A DNA stretch of 64,000 nucleotides, taken from IMG/VR virus record IMGVR_UViG_3300009183_000050, positions 76,866 to 140,865 of that record. The stretch is one strand, 5' to 3'. Below the pieces are notes generated by a model. It did no database searches. It had not been told where the DNA came from and saw only the letters and a program-made list of their open reading frames with translations. The DNA is from a virus. The number at the start of each line of letters is the position of its first letter. The first letter of the stretch is position 1. Below are positions 48,846 through 55,911 of this stretch, piece by piece. A program made the translations under genes and the position numbers.

Positions 48846-49007
48846 TTGTTTCTTCACAGACACTACACAGGGTAGCGTGTATGGACGCATACACTAGTCG
48901 AGCTGGAAGGGCCATCTCCCAGTTCTAAGATAACCTGACCAATGGCTAAGGACGGCCGCAACCGACTCCGAAATTTGGTTCTATTTGTAGTGTCTTTGTA
49001 GAGACAA
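48846..49007 (+). ncRNA. Candidate structured ncRNA
   Basis: ~22-bp terminal stem 48846-48867/48986-49007 enclosing several hairpins; no ORF. Confidence 0.6.
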
Positions 49008-49011
49008 TTAT

Positions 49012-49088
49012 TCCGAGTCGGTCACAAGGTGGGACAGCAGACTGTTAATCTGTTCATCAGGTTGGTTCGATTCCAACACTCGGAGCCA
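49012..49088 (+). tRNA. tRNA-Asn(GTT)
   Basis: GCAGA-CTGTTAA-TCTGT; CCA. Confidence 0.9.
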
Positions 49089-49097
49089 AATTTGAGA

Positions 49098-49166
49098 TTG
49101 CGTCTAGTATAATGGTAGCACAAGTGGTTTTCATCACAAAAGAGCGGTTCGATTCCGCAGCGCAAA
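49098..49166 (+). pseudogene. Atypical/degenerate tRNA-like element (TTC-centred, 6-nt loop, no CCA)
   Basis: D-arm TAGTATAATGGTAGCAC and T-arm GCGGTTCGATTCCGC intact; anticodon arm GTGG-TTTTCA-TCAC. Confidence 0.6.
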
Positions 49167-49173
49167 AGATATT

Positions 49174-49258
49174 GGACAGGTGGGTGAGTGGTTAAAACCA
49201 GGAGACTGTAAATCTCCCGCCTTAGGCTTCGTTGGTTCGAATCCAACCCTGTCCACCA
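49174..49258 (+). tRNA. tRNA-Tyr(GTA)
   Basis: GGAGA-CTGTAAA-TCTCC; long variable arm; CCA. Confidence 0.95.
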
Positions 49259-49264
49259 AGTTTA

Positions 49265-49340
49265 GGACCATTAGCTCAGTTGGTAGAGCAGGAGACTCTT
49301 AATCTCTTTGTCGCAAGTTCGACTCTTGCATGGTTCACCA
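49265..49340 (+). tRNA. tRNA-Lys(CTT)
   Basis: GGAGA-CTCTTAA-TCTCT; CCA. Confidence 0.94.
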
Positions 49341-49346
49341 AAGTTT

Positions 49347-49423
49347 GCCTCCGTAGCTCAACTGGATAGAGTTGCGGTCTTCGAAACCGAAGGTTGGGAG
49401 TTCGAATCTCTCCGGGGGCACCA
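49347..49423 (+). tRNA. tRNA-Arg(TCG)
   Basis: CGGT-CTTCGAA-ACCG; CCA. Confidence 0.92.
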
Positions 49424-49428
49424 AATAT

Positions 49429-49503
49429 GCTGACTAAGTGTGAAAGGTTGCACATGAGCTTGTGGCGCTCAAAGAACTGGATCGATACCAGTAGTCAGTA
49501 CCA
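49429..49503 (+). tRNA. tRNA-His(GTG) lacking G-1, with G1:U72 and A73
   Basis: TGAGC-TTGTGGC-GCTCA; acceptor GCTGACT/AGTCAGT-A-CCA. Confidence 0.88.
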
Positions 49504-49522
49504 TAAATAATGAATATATAAT

Positions 49523-49596
49523 ATCGGTGTGGTGTAATGGTAGCACAACGGTCTCCAAAACTGTTAGACAGGGTTCAAATCCTTGCTCCGGTGCCA
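49523..49596 (+). tRNA. tRNA-Trp(CCA)
   Basis: ACGGT-CTCCAAA-ACTGT; G73-CCA. Confidence 0.9.
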
Positions 49597-49599
49597 ATA

Positions 49600-50343
49600 T
49601 CAGACTGTAGGAACTGGCTTCTTAACAGGCCTTCTTACAGTCTTTTTTCGTCTGATAACCTTCTTGACTGGCTTCTTCTCTAGTTCTTCTTTATGCTTGA
49701 GAGCCATCACAAGAATCAATAGACATACATTGATCACGGTTACGAGAGACCATTCGATAGTATTAGATAATGCAATCTTATCTTCGGTTCTCTTCTTGAC
49801 ATTATCATGAAACTTGGCGATGGTCACCATGATCTCATTCTTATCTCTCTGATACTCATTACCAAACATGAGATTTTGCGCTCTAGCCTCATCAGTCTCA
49901 ACACTGTAAGATTTACCTGATCTGATCTCAGCAATCAATTTGAACGCTTCAATCTCCTTCACAGCTAGATTGTTTGATTGTTTGATTGCACTTTCATATA
50001 GATCCAGTTCTTCTTTTGTAAATTCAATCTCTTTCGCTTTATCGATAAGTGACTTCTGAACACCTTTCTTATCTGGCATCTCACCAGCACGAATCTTCAG
50101 AACCGTTTCGAATTGTTCACGCCATACAGGATTCTTTGTAGTTACATAGTATCTGGCATACATAGTCAGATCATCACTACTCTTTCCAACTAGAAAAGCG
50201 AAAGCCATTGCTCTTTGCTGTAGATTCGATTGTTCGGCAGTGTATTTGTTAGTGGTCAGAAAGACTAGGCTACTGATAAATATGATACCACTAAGTATGA
50301 AGGGTAGTTTAGAGTATTCGATAAACTTGTCTAACATTTTCAT
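49600..50343 (-). CDS. Two-TM protein with a chemoreceptor/sensor-kinase-like periplasmic helical domain and no signalling domain
   Basis: TM - SSDDLT.YARYYVTT.NP.W..QF..VL.IR.G...SNNL...E.EAF...LMFG.EY..DK..IM..I..F - TM - Lys-rich tail. Confidence 0.65.
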   Translation of the reverse strand: MKMLDKFIEYSKLPFILSGIIFISSLVFLTTNKYTAEQSNLQQRAMAFAFLVGKSSDDLTMYARYYVTTKNPVWREQFETVLKIRAGEMPDKKGVQKSLIDKAKEIEFTKEELDLYESAIKQSNNLAVKEIEAFKLIAEIRSGKSYSVETDEARAQNLMFGNEYQRDKNEIMVTIAKFHDNVKKRTEDKIALSNTIEWSLVTVINVCLLILVMALKHKEELEKKPVKKVIRRKKTVRRPVKKPVPTV

Positions 50344-50516
50344 TTTAGGAATCCATACAATATCTCAAACGACTTCTTAATTTCTGTTTGATAGTTGGTT
50401 AACAAAATCATAGCGACACCACTTAACCCCATCAAGTTCTTTGATGCTGTTGGTGGTGCCGGTGTTGCTGATATAGGAGCCGCAACTTTTCTACGACGAA
50501 TAGGTTTCTTTGGCAT
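50340..50516 (-). CDS. Hypothetical 58-aa basic protein
   Basis: Not in the track; MPKKPIRRRKVAAPISATPAPP...; ATGA-coupled. Confidence 0.55.
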   Translation of the reverse strand: MPKKPIRRRKVAAPISATPAPPTASKNLMGLSGVAMILLTNYQTEIKKSFEILYGFLK

Positions 50517-50528
50517 TTCTCTTTACCA

Positions 50529-50816
50529 TTAAGTTTTGGTGCCTTTTATACCAGATGCTAATATGCAGGCGGTGATATTGTTGTGTTCAATCAATGTCCA
50601 TGACCCTATATTATCATTTTCCCACCATTCTATAAATGCGCCATTGTTCATGTTTACTGCACTCATGATTACAGATTCATTATGCTCTTCTTTTAAGTAT
50701 GATACTGCTTTTTCTCTTGAGGTACAGGAAACGGTTTTCTGCATTAGTTGTTGAGAATGTGCTATGCTTACAGTAAAAAATGACATTAAAAATAACGTCA
50801 CTATTAATACTTGCAT
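50529..50816 (-). CDS. Secreted small protein with a Cys pair
   Basis: Signal peptide; C..R.....L...H.E, GSWTLI, ACILASG; AAGGAG RBS. Confidence 0.7.
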   Translation of the reverse strand: MQVLIVTLFLMSFFTVSIAHSQQLMQKTVSCTSREKAVSYLKEEHNESVIMSAVNMNNGAFIEWWENDNIGSWTLIEHNNITACILASGIKGTKT

Positions 50817-50840
50817 CCTATGCTTACTCCTTTTTAAGGT

Positions 50841-50972
50841 TTATATTTTCAATGCTTGACATATCGCAGCCACACACAACAAGGCTAACAATGTTCCTAG
50901 GAACACAGCCGCTTCTATTGGCAATCTATAACCAAAAGCCCAGATATCATTTTGACTTCCAAAATTTGACAT
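50841..50972 (-). CDS. 43-aa membrane peptide
   Basis: Not in the track; fills the gap in the minus-strand operon; one TM. Confidence 0.5.
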   Translation of the reverse strand: MSNFGSQNDIWAFGYRLPIEAAVFLGTLLALLCVAAICQALKI

Positions 50973-50974
50973 AA

Positions 50975-51286
50975 TCATACACTAAAACTCTTACCACAAC
51001 CGCATGATGTTTTCTCATTTGGGTTTCTAAATACTAGTTGAGATGAACCAAGTTTCTTTTCATAATCTAGTTCTGTTCCTATTACAAACAATATACTAGT
51101 CTTATCTACTATCAATCTCCTGTCAGATCCTAGATCGACAATGAAATCGAGAAGGTCAGGATCATCACTATTGAAATTATAATCATAACTGAATCCAGCA
51201 CAACCTCCTCCTTTAACTTCGATTCTGATATCTTTATCAAACGATGTTAGATAATTGCGGGCCGAATCTGTAACTGTTATCATCAT
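50975..51286 (-). CDS. iscA: A-type Fe-S cluster carrier (IscA/SufA/HesB family)
   Basis: VKGGGCAGFSY, GTELDY, NPN...SCGCGKSF. Confidence 0.93.
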   Translation of the reverse strand: MMITVTDSARNYLTSFDKDIRIEVKGGGCAGFSYDYNFNSDDPDLLDFIVDLGSDRRLIVDKTSILFVIGTELDYEKKLGSSQLVFRNPNEKTSCGCGKSFSV

Positions 51287-51287
51287 A

Positions 51288-51707
51288 CTACCTATGAATT
51301 ATACCATATGAAAATGCGCCAAATATTGAGATTCCGAGAATAGCTACTACTCCCAATATAATAAGTAAGAGATGACCAACACCTATCATCTCATCATCTT
51401 GCGATTTCTTTACTGTTGAAGAAACTCGCTGTTCTTGTTGTATCTTCTTGTATGCTTCACGTTCACCGTGAGACATATTCATATAAGCGGCATCTTGTTG
51501 CTCTTTAAGTTTAGCTTCGTTCTTAGCACGAATGACAGCATTCTTAGCCGCAACAGATGCATTCTGTTGCTTTGCTTTAGAATTGGCGGCCGTCTTCATA
51601 TTCTTGCCGTCTCTTAGAACATCGGCAACACCAAATATGGATTCGGCTAGAACTTCACCCCATGCTTTTCCAAGCTGGGCTGCTTTCTTTGGATCTGTCG
51701 GTAACAT
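51288..51707 (-). CDS. Hypothetical protein with a C-terminal TM helix
   Basis: GAGG RBS; helical body plus hydrophobic tail. Confidence 0.7.
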   Translation of the reverse strand: MLPTDPKKAAQLGKAWGEVLAESIFGVADVLRDGKNMKTAANSKAKQQNASVAAKNAVIRAKNEAKLKEQQDAAYMNMSHGEREAYKKIQQEQRVSSTVKKSQDDEMIGVGHLLLIILGVVAILGISIFGAFSYGIIHR

Positions 51708-51777
51708 TGAAACCTCTCTGTTATCGTGAGTATAATGAAATCAAAAACAATAACAAAAAAGATACACATCTATTAAC

Positions 51778-51785
51778 TATTTATA
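51778..51785 (-). promoter_or_regulatory. Late promoter TATAAATA driving the minus-strand operon
   Basis: TATTTATA on the + strand, ~70 bp upstream of the first minus-strand gene. Confidence 0.7.
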
Positions 51786-51809
51786 AGCCTGCTAACAGGT
51801 ACCAAGTTT

Positions 51810-51884
51810 CTGTGTGTGGTGTAGTCTGGTTAACATACCTGATTTGGAGTCAGGGGACCGCTGGTTCGAATCCAGCCACGCAGA
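51810..51884 (+). tRNA. tRNA-Pro(TGG), CCA not encoded
   Basis: CCTGA-TTTGGAG-TCAGG; C1:G72, A73. Confidence 0.9.
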
Positions 51885-51888
51885 CATT

Positions 51889-52012
51889 CGACCTCCGTCA
51901 TAGAGGTCGTTCAAGACGCGGAAGACCCAAGTCGCGTAAAAAACGGGTGGGGGTTGATAGCTTTCGACCAAGCACACAACCACGTTGCATAGCAGGAGAG
52001 GCGGGGCTATGT
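51889..52012 (+). ncRNA. Candidate structured ncRNA (four GC-rich hairpins) between tRNA-Pro and tRNA-Cys
   Basis: CGACCTC/GAGGTCG, ACGCG/CGCGT, GGTTG..GCTT/AAGC..CAACC, GCATAGC/GCTATGT. Confidence 0.5.
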
Positions 52013-52022
52013 TACATATTTA

Positions 52023-52098
52023 GGAGTCATAGCAAAACGGCTAATGCGCGGGACTGCAAATCCTTGAGGTTCCAGTTCGAATCTGGATGACTCCTCCA
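52023..52098 (+). tRNA. tRNA-Cys(GCA)
   Basis: GGGA-CTGCAAA-TCCT; U73-CCA. Confidence 0.92.
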
Positions 52099-52139
52099 AT
52101 CACCTAAATAAAAGATGCTAATCAAAAAGGAGAAGCATC

Positions 52140-52316
52140 ATGTTAGGTTACGACTACACTGATAATATGATCAGAGAACATCTGATCAAGAATGCTAAAG
52201 GTGTGGGTAAACTATGGGCATCTTTAATCCTGCAATATCCTACCATATACTCAGACTTCTGGCGGGGATACTATGAAGAAGTCAAGAGCAGGCTTTCGCC
52301 CAAAGCCGCAAAATAA
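52140..52316 (+). CDS. Hypothetical 58-aa protein
   Basis: Not in the track; AAGGAG RBS; MLGYDYTDNMIREHLIK... Confidence 0.6.
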   Translation: MLGYDYTDNMIREHLIKNAKGVGKLWASLILQYPTIYSDFWRGYYEEVKSRLSPKAAK

Positions 52317-52326
52317 GGAAAACTAA

Positions 52327-52665
52327 ATGTTTAGAAAACAAGTAGCTGCCATCATGGCGGCGATGGTTCTTTCTGGCTGTAATACAGTTAGGCCTGAGAG
52401 TCAACAAATGGTTGCAAGTTGGTATATGCACGGAACACATACAGCAAATGGTGAAAGATTCAATCCAGATGGAATGACAGTCGCACACAAAACACTACCT
52501 TTTAATACTAAATTGCGCTTGACACATAATGACAAATCTGTTATAGTAAGAGTTAATGATAGGGGACCGTTTATTAAAGGAAGAGACATTGATCTATCTC
52601 GTGGTGTAGCTAAGGTTCTCGGTTGTCCAGGAATTTGTAGATTAGATGCGGAGATTATACAATGA
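52327..52665 (+). CDS. rlpA: RlpA-like lipoprotein (DPBB lytic transglycosylase domain)
   Basis: Lipobox LSGC; [33 protein letters not shown]. Confidence 0.92.
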   Translation: MFRKQVAAIMAAMVLSGCNTVRPESQQMVASWYMHGTHTANGERFNPDGMTVAHKTLPFNTKLRLTHNDKSVIVRVNDRGPFIKGRDIDLSRGVAKVLGCPGICRLDAEIIQ

Positions 52666-53102
52666 GTGATCTATTCGATACTCTAGATTCAATTCAAGAG
52701 GCTTTTGATGAGGCAGATGAAGAACTAGAGAAAATGGTGAATGATTGTGATCCTACACTGAAGCTAGCCGTTACCGCATGGGTGATGAAGCACATCGTCG
52801 AACATGCACAAGAAGGTGGTAGCTTTCGCTATCTTATCTATGATCGGTTATGGTTTGGTCCTGAAGCCTACGTTCCACTGTATACTGCAGGTGGTATGGA
52901 AATCTCTAATGAGTTTGACCTCAACATCATGAACGATATCCGTGAGGTGGTCAAAGAGAACCAATATGATAAACTGAAAGAACTGGCCAGTCTTTGTGAC
53001 GAACCAGATTGCTATGATGAGATATCTTGTGGATGGCCTTCTGATAAAGGCTATCGACGTACCTGTGGTAATCACTATATATCTAAAGACTACAACATAT
53101 AG
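52662..53102 (+). CDS. Hypothetical protein
   Basis: [13 protein letters not shown]; Cys-rich C-terminus. Confidence 0.7.
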   Translation: MSDLFDTLDSIQEAFDEADEELEKMVNDCDPTLKLAVTAWVMKHIVEHAQEGGSFRYLIYDRLWFGPEAYVPLYTAGGMEISNEFDLNIMNDIREVVKENQYDKLKELASLCDEPDCYDEISCGWPSDKGYRRTCGNHYISKDYNI

Positions 53103-53111
53103 GAGTATATT

Positions 53112-53321
53112 ATGACAAGACAACCAAGTGCTAAAATTTCTGATAAGTTAACCAAGGTCAATGACAGTTTCACAGTCAACATGTATGAAAATGGATTCAT
53201 GGTTGATATTGGCGGTCGTGATGATGAAGATAGTTGGTGTTCCACAAAGATCATCGCAACATCACTCGACGACCTGATTGAATTGATTCGTGAGGCAACC
53301 GAGATTGATCGCGCCGATTAA
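53112..53321 (+). CDS. Hypothetical protein
   Basis: AGGAG RBS; VNMYENGFMV.IGGR. Confidence 0.7.
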   Translation: MTRQPSAKISDKLTKVNDSFTVNMYENGFMVDIGGRDDEDSWCSTKIIATSLDDLIELIREATEIDRAD

Positions 53322-53323
53322 GC

Positions 53324-53388
53324 TATGCATTCTCTGTATAGCAGGGTTGCAAAAAAAGACTTGACTTTACTGATGGTCATGCTATAAT
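53324..53388 (+). promoter_or_regulatory. Promoter TTGACT-N16-TATAAT with upstream TATGCA-N5-TGTATA box
   Basis: Box starts 37 bp upstream of the -35. Confidence 0.7.
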
Positions 53389-53415
53389 GGTATCAAATCG
53401 GTAAGAGAGGTTTCT

Positions 53416-53850
53416 ATGAAAGTTTATGTGTCTGGCAAGAACGACAATCTAGACAAGAAAGAGATTAGAGCCGCAATCAAATTCTACGGAAAGACGCTTT
53501 TAACCGAGCGCCTTTTCGATAAAATCAAGGTCTATGTTAAGTGTAATGATGATGAAGATGGTGGCAGTGCAGGTCCGATTGATGATATCAAACGGCCTCG
53601 TGTGTTTGAAATCTACGTTAATCCTCTGATGGGTAAACGTAGACAGCTTATCACGCTAGCCCATGAAATGGTTCACATCAAGCAGTTCGCTAAGGACGAA
53701 TTGAAGTATAATGTTCGTCGCAATACCGACAAGTGGTTGGGTGAACATATAGATAGTAGTGTAGATTATTTTGATAAGCCTTGGGAGATCGAGGCGTTTG
53801 GTCGTGAGTTAGGTTTGTATATTCGTTATATGAACCAGAGAAAGAAGTAG
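53416..53850 (+). CDS. Zincin-like metallopeptidase
   Basis: TLAHEMVHIKQ...PWEIEA. Confidence 0.8.
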   Translation: MKVYVSGKNDNLDKKEIRAAIKFYGKTLLTERLFDKIKVYVKCNDDEDGGSAGPIDDIKRPRVFEIYVNPLMGKRRQLITLAHEMVHIKQFAKDELKYNVRRNTDKWLGEHIDSSVDYFDKPWEIEAFGRELGLYIRYMNQRKK

Positions 53851-53863
53851 AGCATCGAAGTTT

Positions 53864-53893
53864 TATAAATAGGTCTACTAGGTATAGGAGACC
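53864..53893 (+). promoter_or_regulatory. Late promoter with RBS-sequestering hairpin
   Basis: TATAAATA, then GGTCTACTA-GGTA-TAGGAGACC covering GGAG. Confidence 0.7.
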
Positions 53894-53896
53894 AAG

Positions 53897-54289
53897 ATGC
53901 CAATAATAATCGAATATAACTGTTTGAATTGTGGTGTTTATGCTAAGAAAGCTAATGTTTCTGGCAAATACTGTTCGAACAAATGTCAACACGAACGTTC
54001 GATGGTTTTGAAGGTCGAATCTAATACAGCTTCGAGCAAAACTATGAAAAGATATCTATTACACACCGGAAAATATGTTTGTTCTGAATGTGAAATAGAT
54101 AGTTATAACAACAAACCTATTATGTTAGAACTTGAACATAAAAATGGAAATTCTAACGATAATAGTTTAGATAATGTGTGTCTATTATGTCCAAATTGTC
54201 ATTCGCAGACCGCTACATATAAAGCGAAAAATAAAGGTAATGGTCGACATAGCAGAAGATTGAGATATCAAGAAGGTAAGAGTTATTAG
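53897..54289 (+). CDS. HNH endonuclease (free-standing, homing type)
   Basis: CLNC..YCS.KC zinc finger; CSEC...LELEHKNGN..DN...N..LLCPNCH. Confidence 0.9.
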   Translation: MPIIIEYNCLNCGVYAKKANVSGKYCSNKCQHERSMVLKVESNTASSKTMKRYLLHTGKYVCSECEIDSYNNKPIMLELEHKNGNSNDNSLDNVCLLCPNCHSQTATYKAKNKGNGRHSRRLRYQEGKSY

Positions 54290-54295
54290 AGATAA

Positions 54296-54370
54296 GCCCC
54301 TAAAGCATAAACGGAGATGCAGCCGCCTTGTAAGCGGCAGATGATCGTTCAAGCCGGTCTGGGGGCACCA
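54296..54370 (+). tRNA. tRNA-Thr(TGT)
   Basis: GCCGC-CTTGTAA-GCGGC; CCA. Confidence 0.88.
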
Positions 54371-54385
54371 TTATATGTGAATCGT

Positions 54386-55030
54386 ATGAAGCCAACTATA
54401 GCATTGTTCAGACACCATCCAGAATGTTCCAATCAATGCTGTGATGGCATGATCAAAGCCTTATCACCTAAGTACCAGTTCAAACTGTTTGATGTTGGTG
54501 AGATTAATAATGAGACGTTGAATGGAGTGGATATTGTTGCTTTTCCTGGTGGTATCGGAGACTCTAATAAGTATTATGATCTCTTTCGCAAAAGTGGCTC
54601 AAATATGGTCGCTGACTTTGTTGTGCGCGGCGGCCGTTATCTTGGTATCTGTATGGGTGCTTATTGGGCCGGTTCTCATTATTTTGATGTTATGGAAAAT
54701 GTTGACGCGGTCCAATACATAAAGAGACCTAATGCAGATATTCGCCGTAGTTACTCAACAGTTGCTTCTGTTAATTGGCTTGGTGGCAATCATAGCATGT
54801 TTTTCTATGACGGATGTTCGTTGATTGGTGACGAAACGAAGTTTGATACGATAGCCAGATACACGAACGGTGATCCGATGGCTATCATACAGGGAAGAAT
54901 CGGTCTAATTGGCTGTCACCCTGAATCAGAGAAATTCTGGTATGATAAGAAGTATCTTCAATCATACTGGCACAACGAAGATCACCATAAACTCCTGCTT
55001 GAGTTCGTTGATGATCTAATGTCACGATAA
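54386..55030 (+). CDS. Class I glutamine amidotransferase-like (BPL_N-type) protein
   Basis: AFPGG, GG.YLGICMGAY, GCHPE; start moved downstream of tRNA-Thr. Confidence 0.8.
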   Translation: MKPTIALFRHHPECSNQCCDGMIKALSPKYQFKLFDVGEINNETLNGVDIVAFPGGIGDSNKYYDLFRKSGSNMVADFVVRGGRYLGICMGAYWAGSHYFDVMENVDAVQYIKRPNADIRRSYSTVASVNWLGGNHSMFFYDGCSLIGDETKFDTIARYTNGDPMAIIQGRIGLIGCHPESEKFWYDKKYLQSYWHNEDHHKLLLEFVDDLMSR

Positions 55031-55120
55031 GGAAGTTTGGCCGAGCGGTTTAAGGCTCTAGTCTTGAAAACTAGCGTGGGTGTAAGCCCACCGTGAGTTC
55101 GAATCTCACAGCTTCCGCCA
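55031..55120 (+). tRNA. tRNA-Ser(TGA)
   Basis: CTAGT-CTTGAAA-ACTAG; long variable arm; GCCA. Confidence 0.95.
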
Positions 55121-55134
55121 ATATTATGGAGTGT

Positions 55135-55329
55135 ATGATGGATATCTATGAAAACTATGTGACGTTCTTGAGGTTCGAAGTTGGCATCTTGAAGGGTAGA
55201 TTGAAACCTGAAGATACAGGTCATATACATACTACCATTCGAGTCCTTGAAGAACGCATTCAAGAAATCGAGAATAACAAACAGAATTTGAAGGTTTATA
55301 ACGATTATCAAGTTCATAGTCTATCGTGA
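55135..55329 (+). CDS. Hypothetical protein
   Basis: P.DTGHIHT.I.VLE.RI motif; GGAG RBS. Confidence 0.65.
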   Translation: MMDIYENYVTFLRFEVGILKGRLKPEDTGHIHTTIRVLEERIQEIENNKQNLKVYNDYQVHSLS

Positions 55330-55337
55330 GGTGATTG

Positions 55338-55718
55338 ATGTTACCTGTTGCTGTTAATCTAAATAACATTCGACAGTATTATACGCAATACCATGATTAT
55401 GGGTATAATGAAGAACCAGTAGAGACAACCGAGTTTGTAGCATATGAGTTCATCAATCCAATCGATATCAAGACCAAGATTGTAGAGTATCTTGGTAAAG
55501 TTTTGGCTAGATGCTGGATTCAACCAGCCTTGCTGAAAGATTTAGAGAATGATGCTCATACCTGCTTGTTAGAGATGGGTCTGATCTTACCACCTGAGTT
55601 GAACATTCATGTGGTCAAAACGAATAAGAATAGACCACGGTTAGTGGTTTATGAAACTGTTAATGGCAAACCTAAGAAAGTCTGTTATCTTCAGCTTTCT
55701 ATGATAGCCAGTAAATAA
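55338..55718 (+). CDS. Hypothetical protein with a nitrile-hydratase-leader (NHLP)-like segment
   Basis: VLARCWIQPALLKDLENDAHTCLLEMGLILPPELNIHVV. Confidence 0.55.
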   Translation: MLPVAVNLNNIRQYYTQYHDYGYNEEPVETTEFVAYEFINPIDIKTKIVEYLGKVLARCWIQPALLKDLENDAHTCLLEMGLILPPELNIHVVKTNKNRPRLVVYETVNGKPKKVCYLQLSMIASK

Positions 55719-55720
55719 TT

Positions 55721-55795
55721 GCGGCTGTAGCTCAGTGGTAGAGCGTCACGTTGCCAACGTGAATGTCGTCGGTTCGAAACCGACCTGCCGCTCCA
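55721..55795 (+). tRNA. tRNA-Gly(GCC)
   Basis: TCACG-TTGCCAA-CGTGA; U73-CCA. Confidence 0.94.
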
Positions 55796-55800
55796 ATTAT

Positions 55801-55871
55801 GCGGGTTTAATGTAACGGTAGCAGATCGGATTCCAATCCGAACGAGTGGTTCAACTCCACACCCCGCTCCA
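55801..55871 (+). tRNA. Atypical tRNA-Gly(TCC)-like RNA with a 6-nt anticodon loop
   Basis: GCGGG/CCCGC-T-CCA Gly-type acceptor; TCGGA-TTCCAA-TCCGA; 4-bp T stem. Confidence 0.65.
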
Positions 55872-55911
55872 ACTAAATACCTCGCACAATCTCGTGCGGA
55901 GTGTTTATAAA

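Noticed and set aside
48868-48985. 5S rRNA or 6S/SRP identity for the ncRNA candidate
   Set aside because: Only short word similarities (ACCTGA, CCGA.TC.GAA); the helix arrangement does not fit, so it is left unassigned
51890-51970. Resemblance to a permuted tmRNA (GGGGGTTGATAGCTTTCGAC; GACCTCC could form a G3:U70 acceptor)
   Set aside because: No T arm before the putative 3' strand, no A-CCA end and no tag reading frame; GACCTC pairs better with the adjacent GAGGTC
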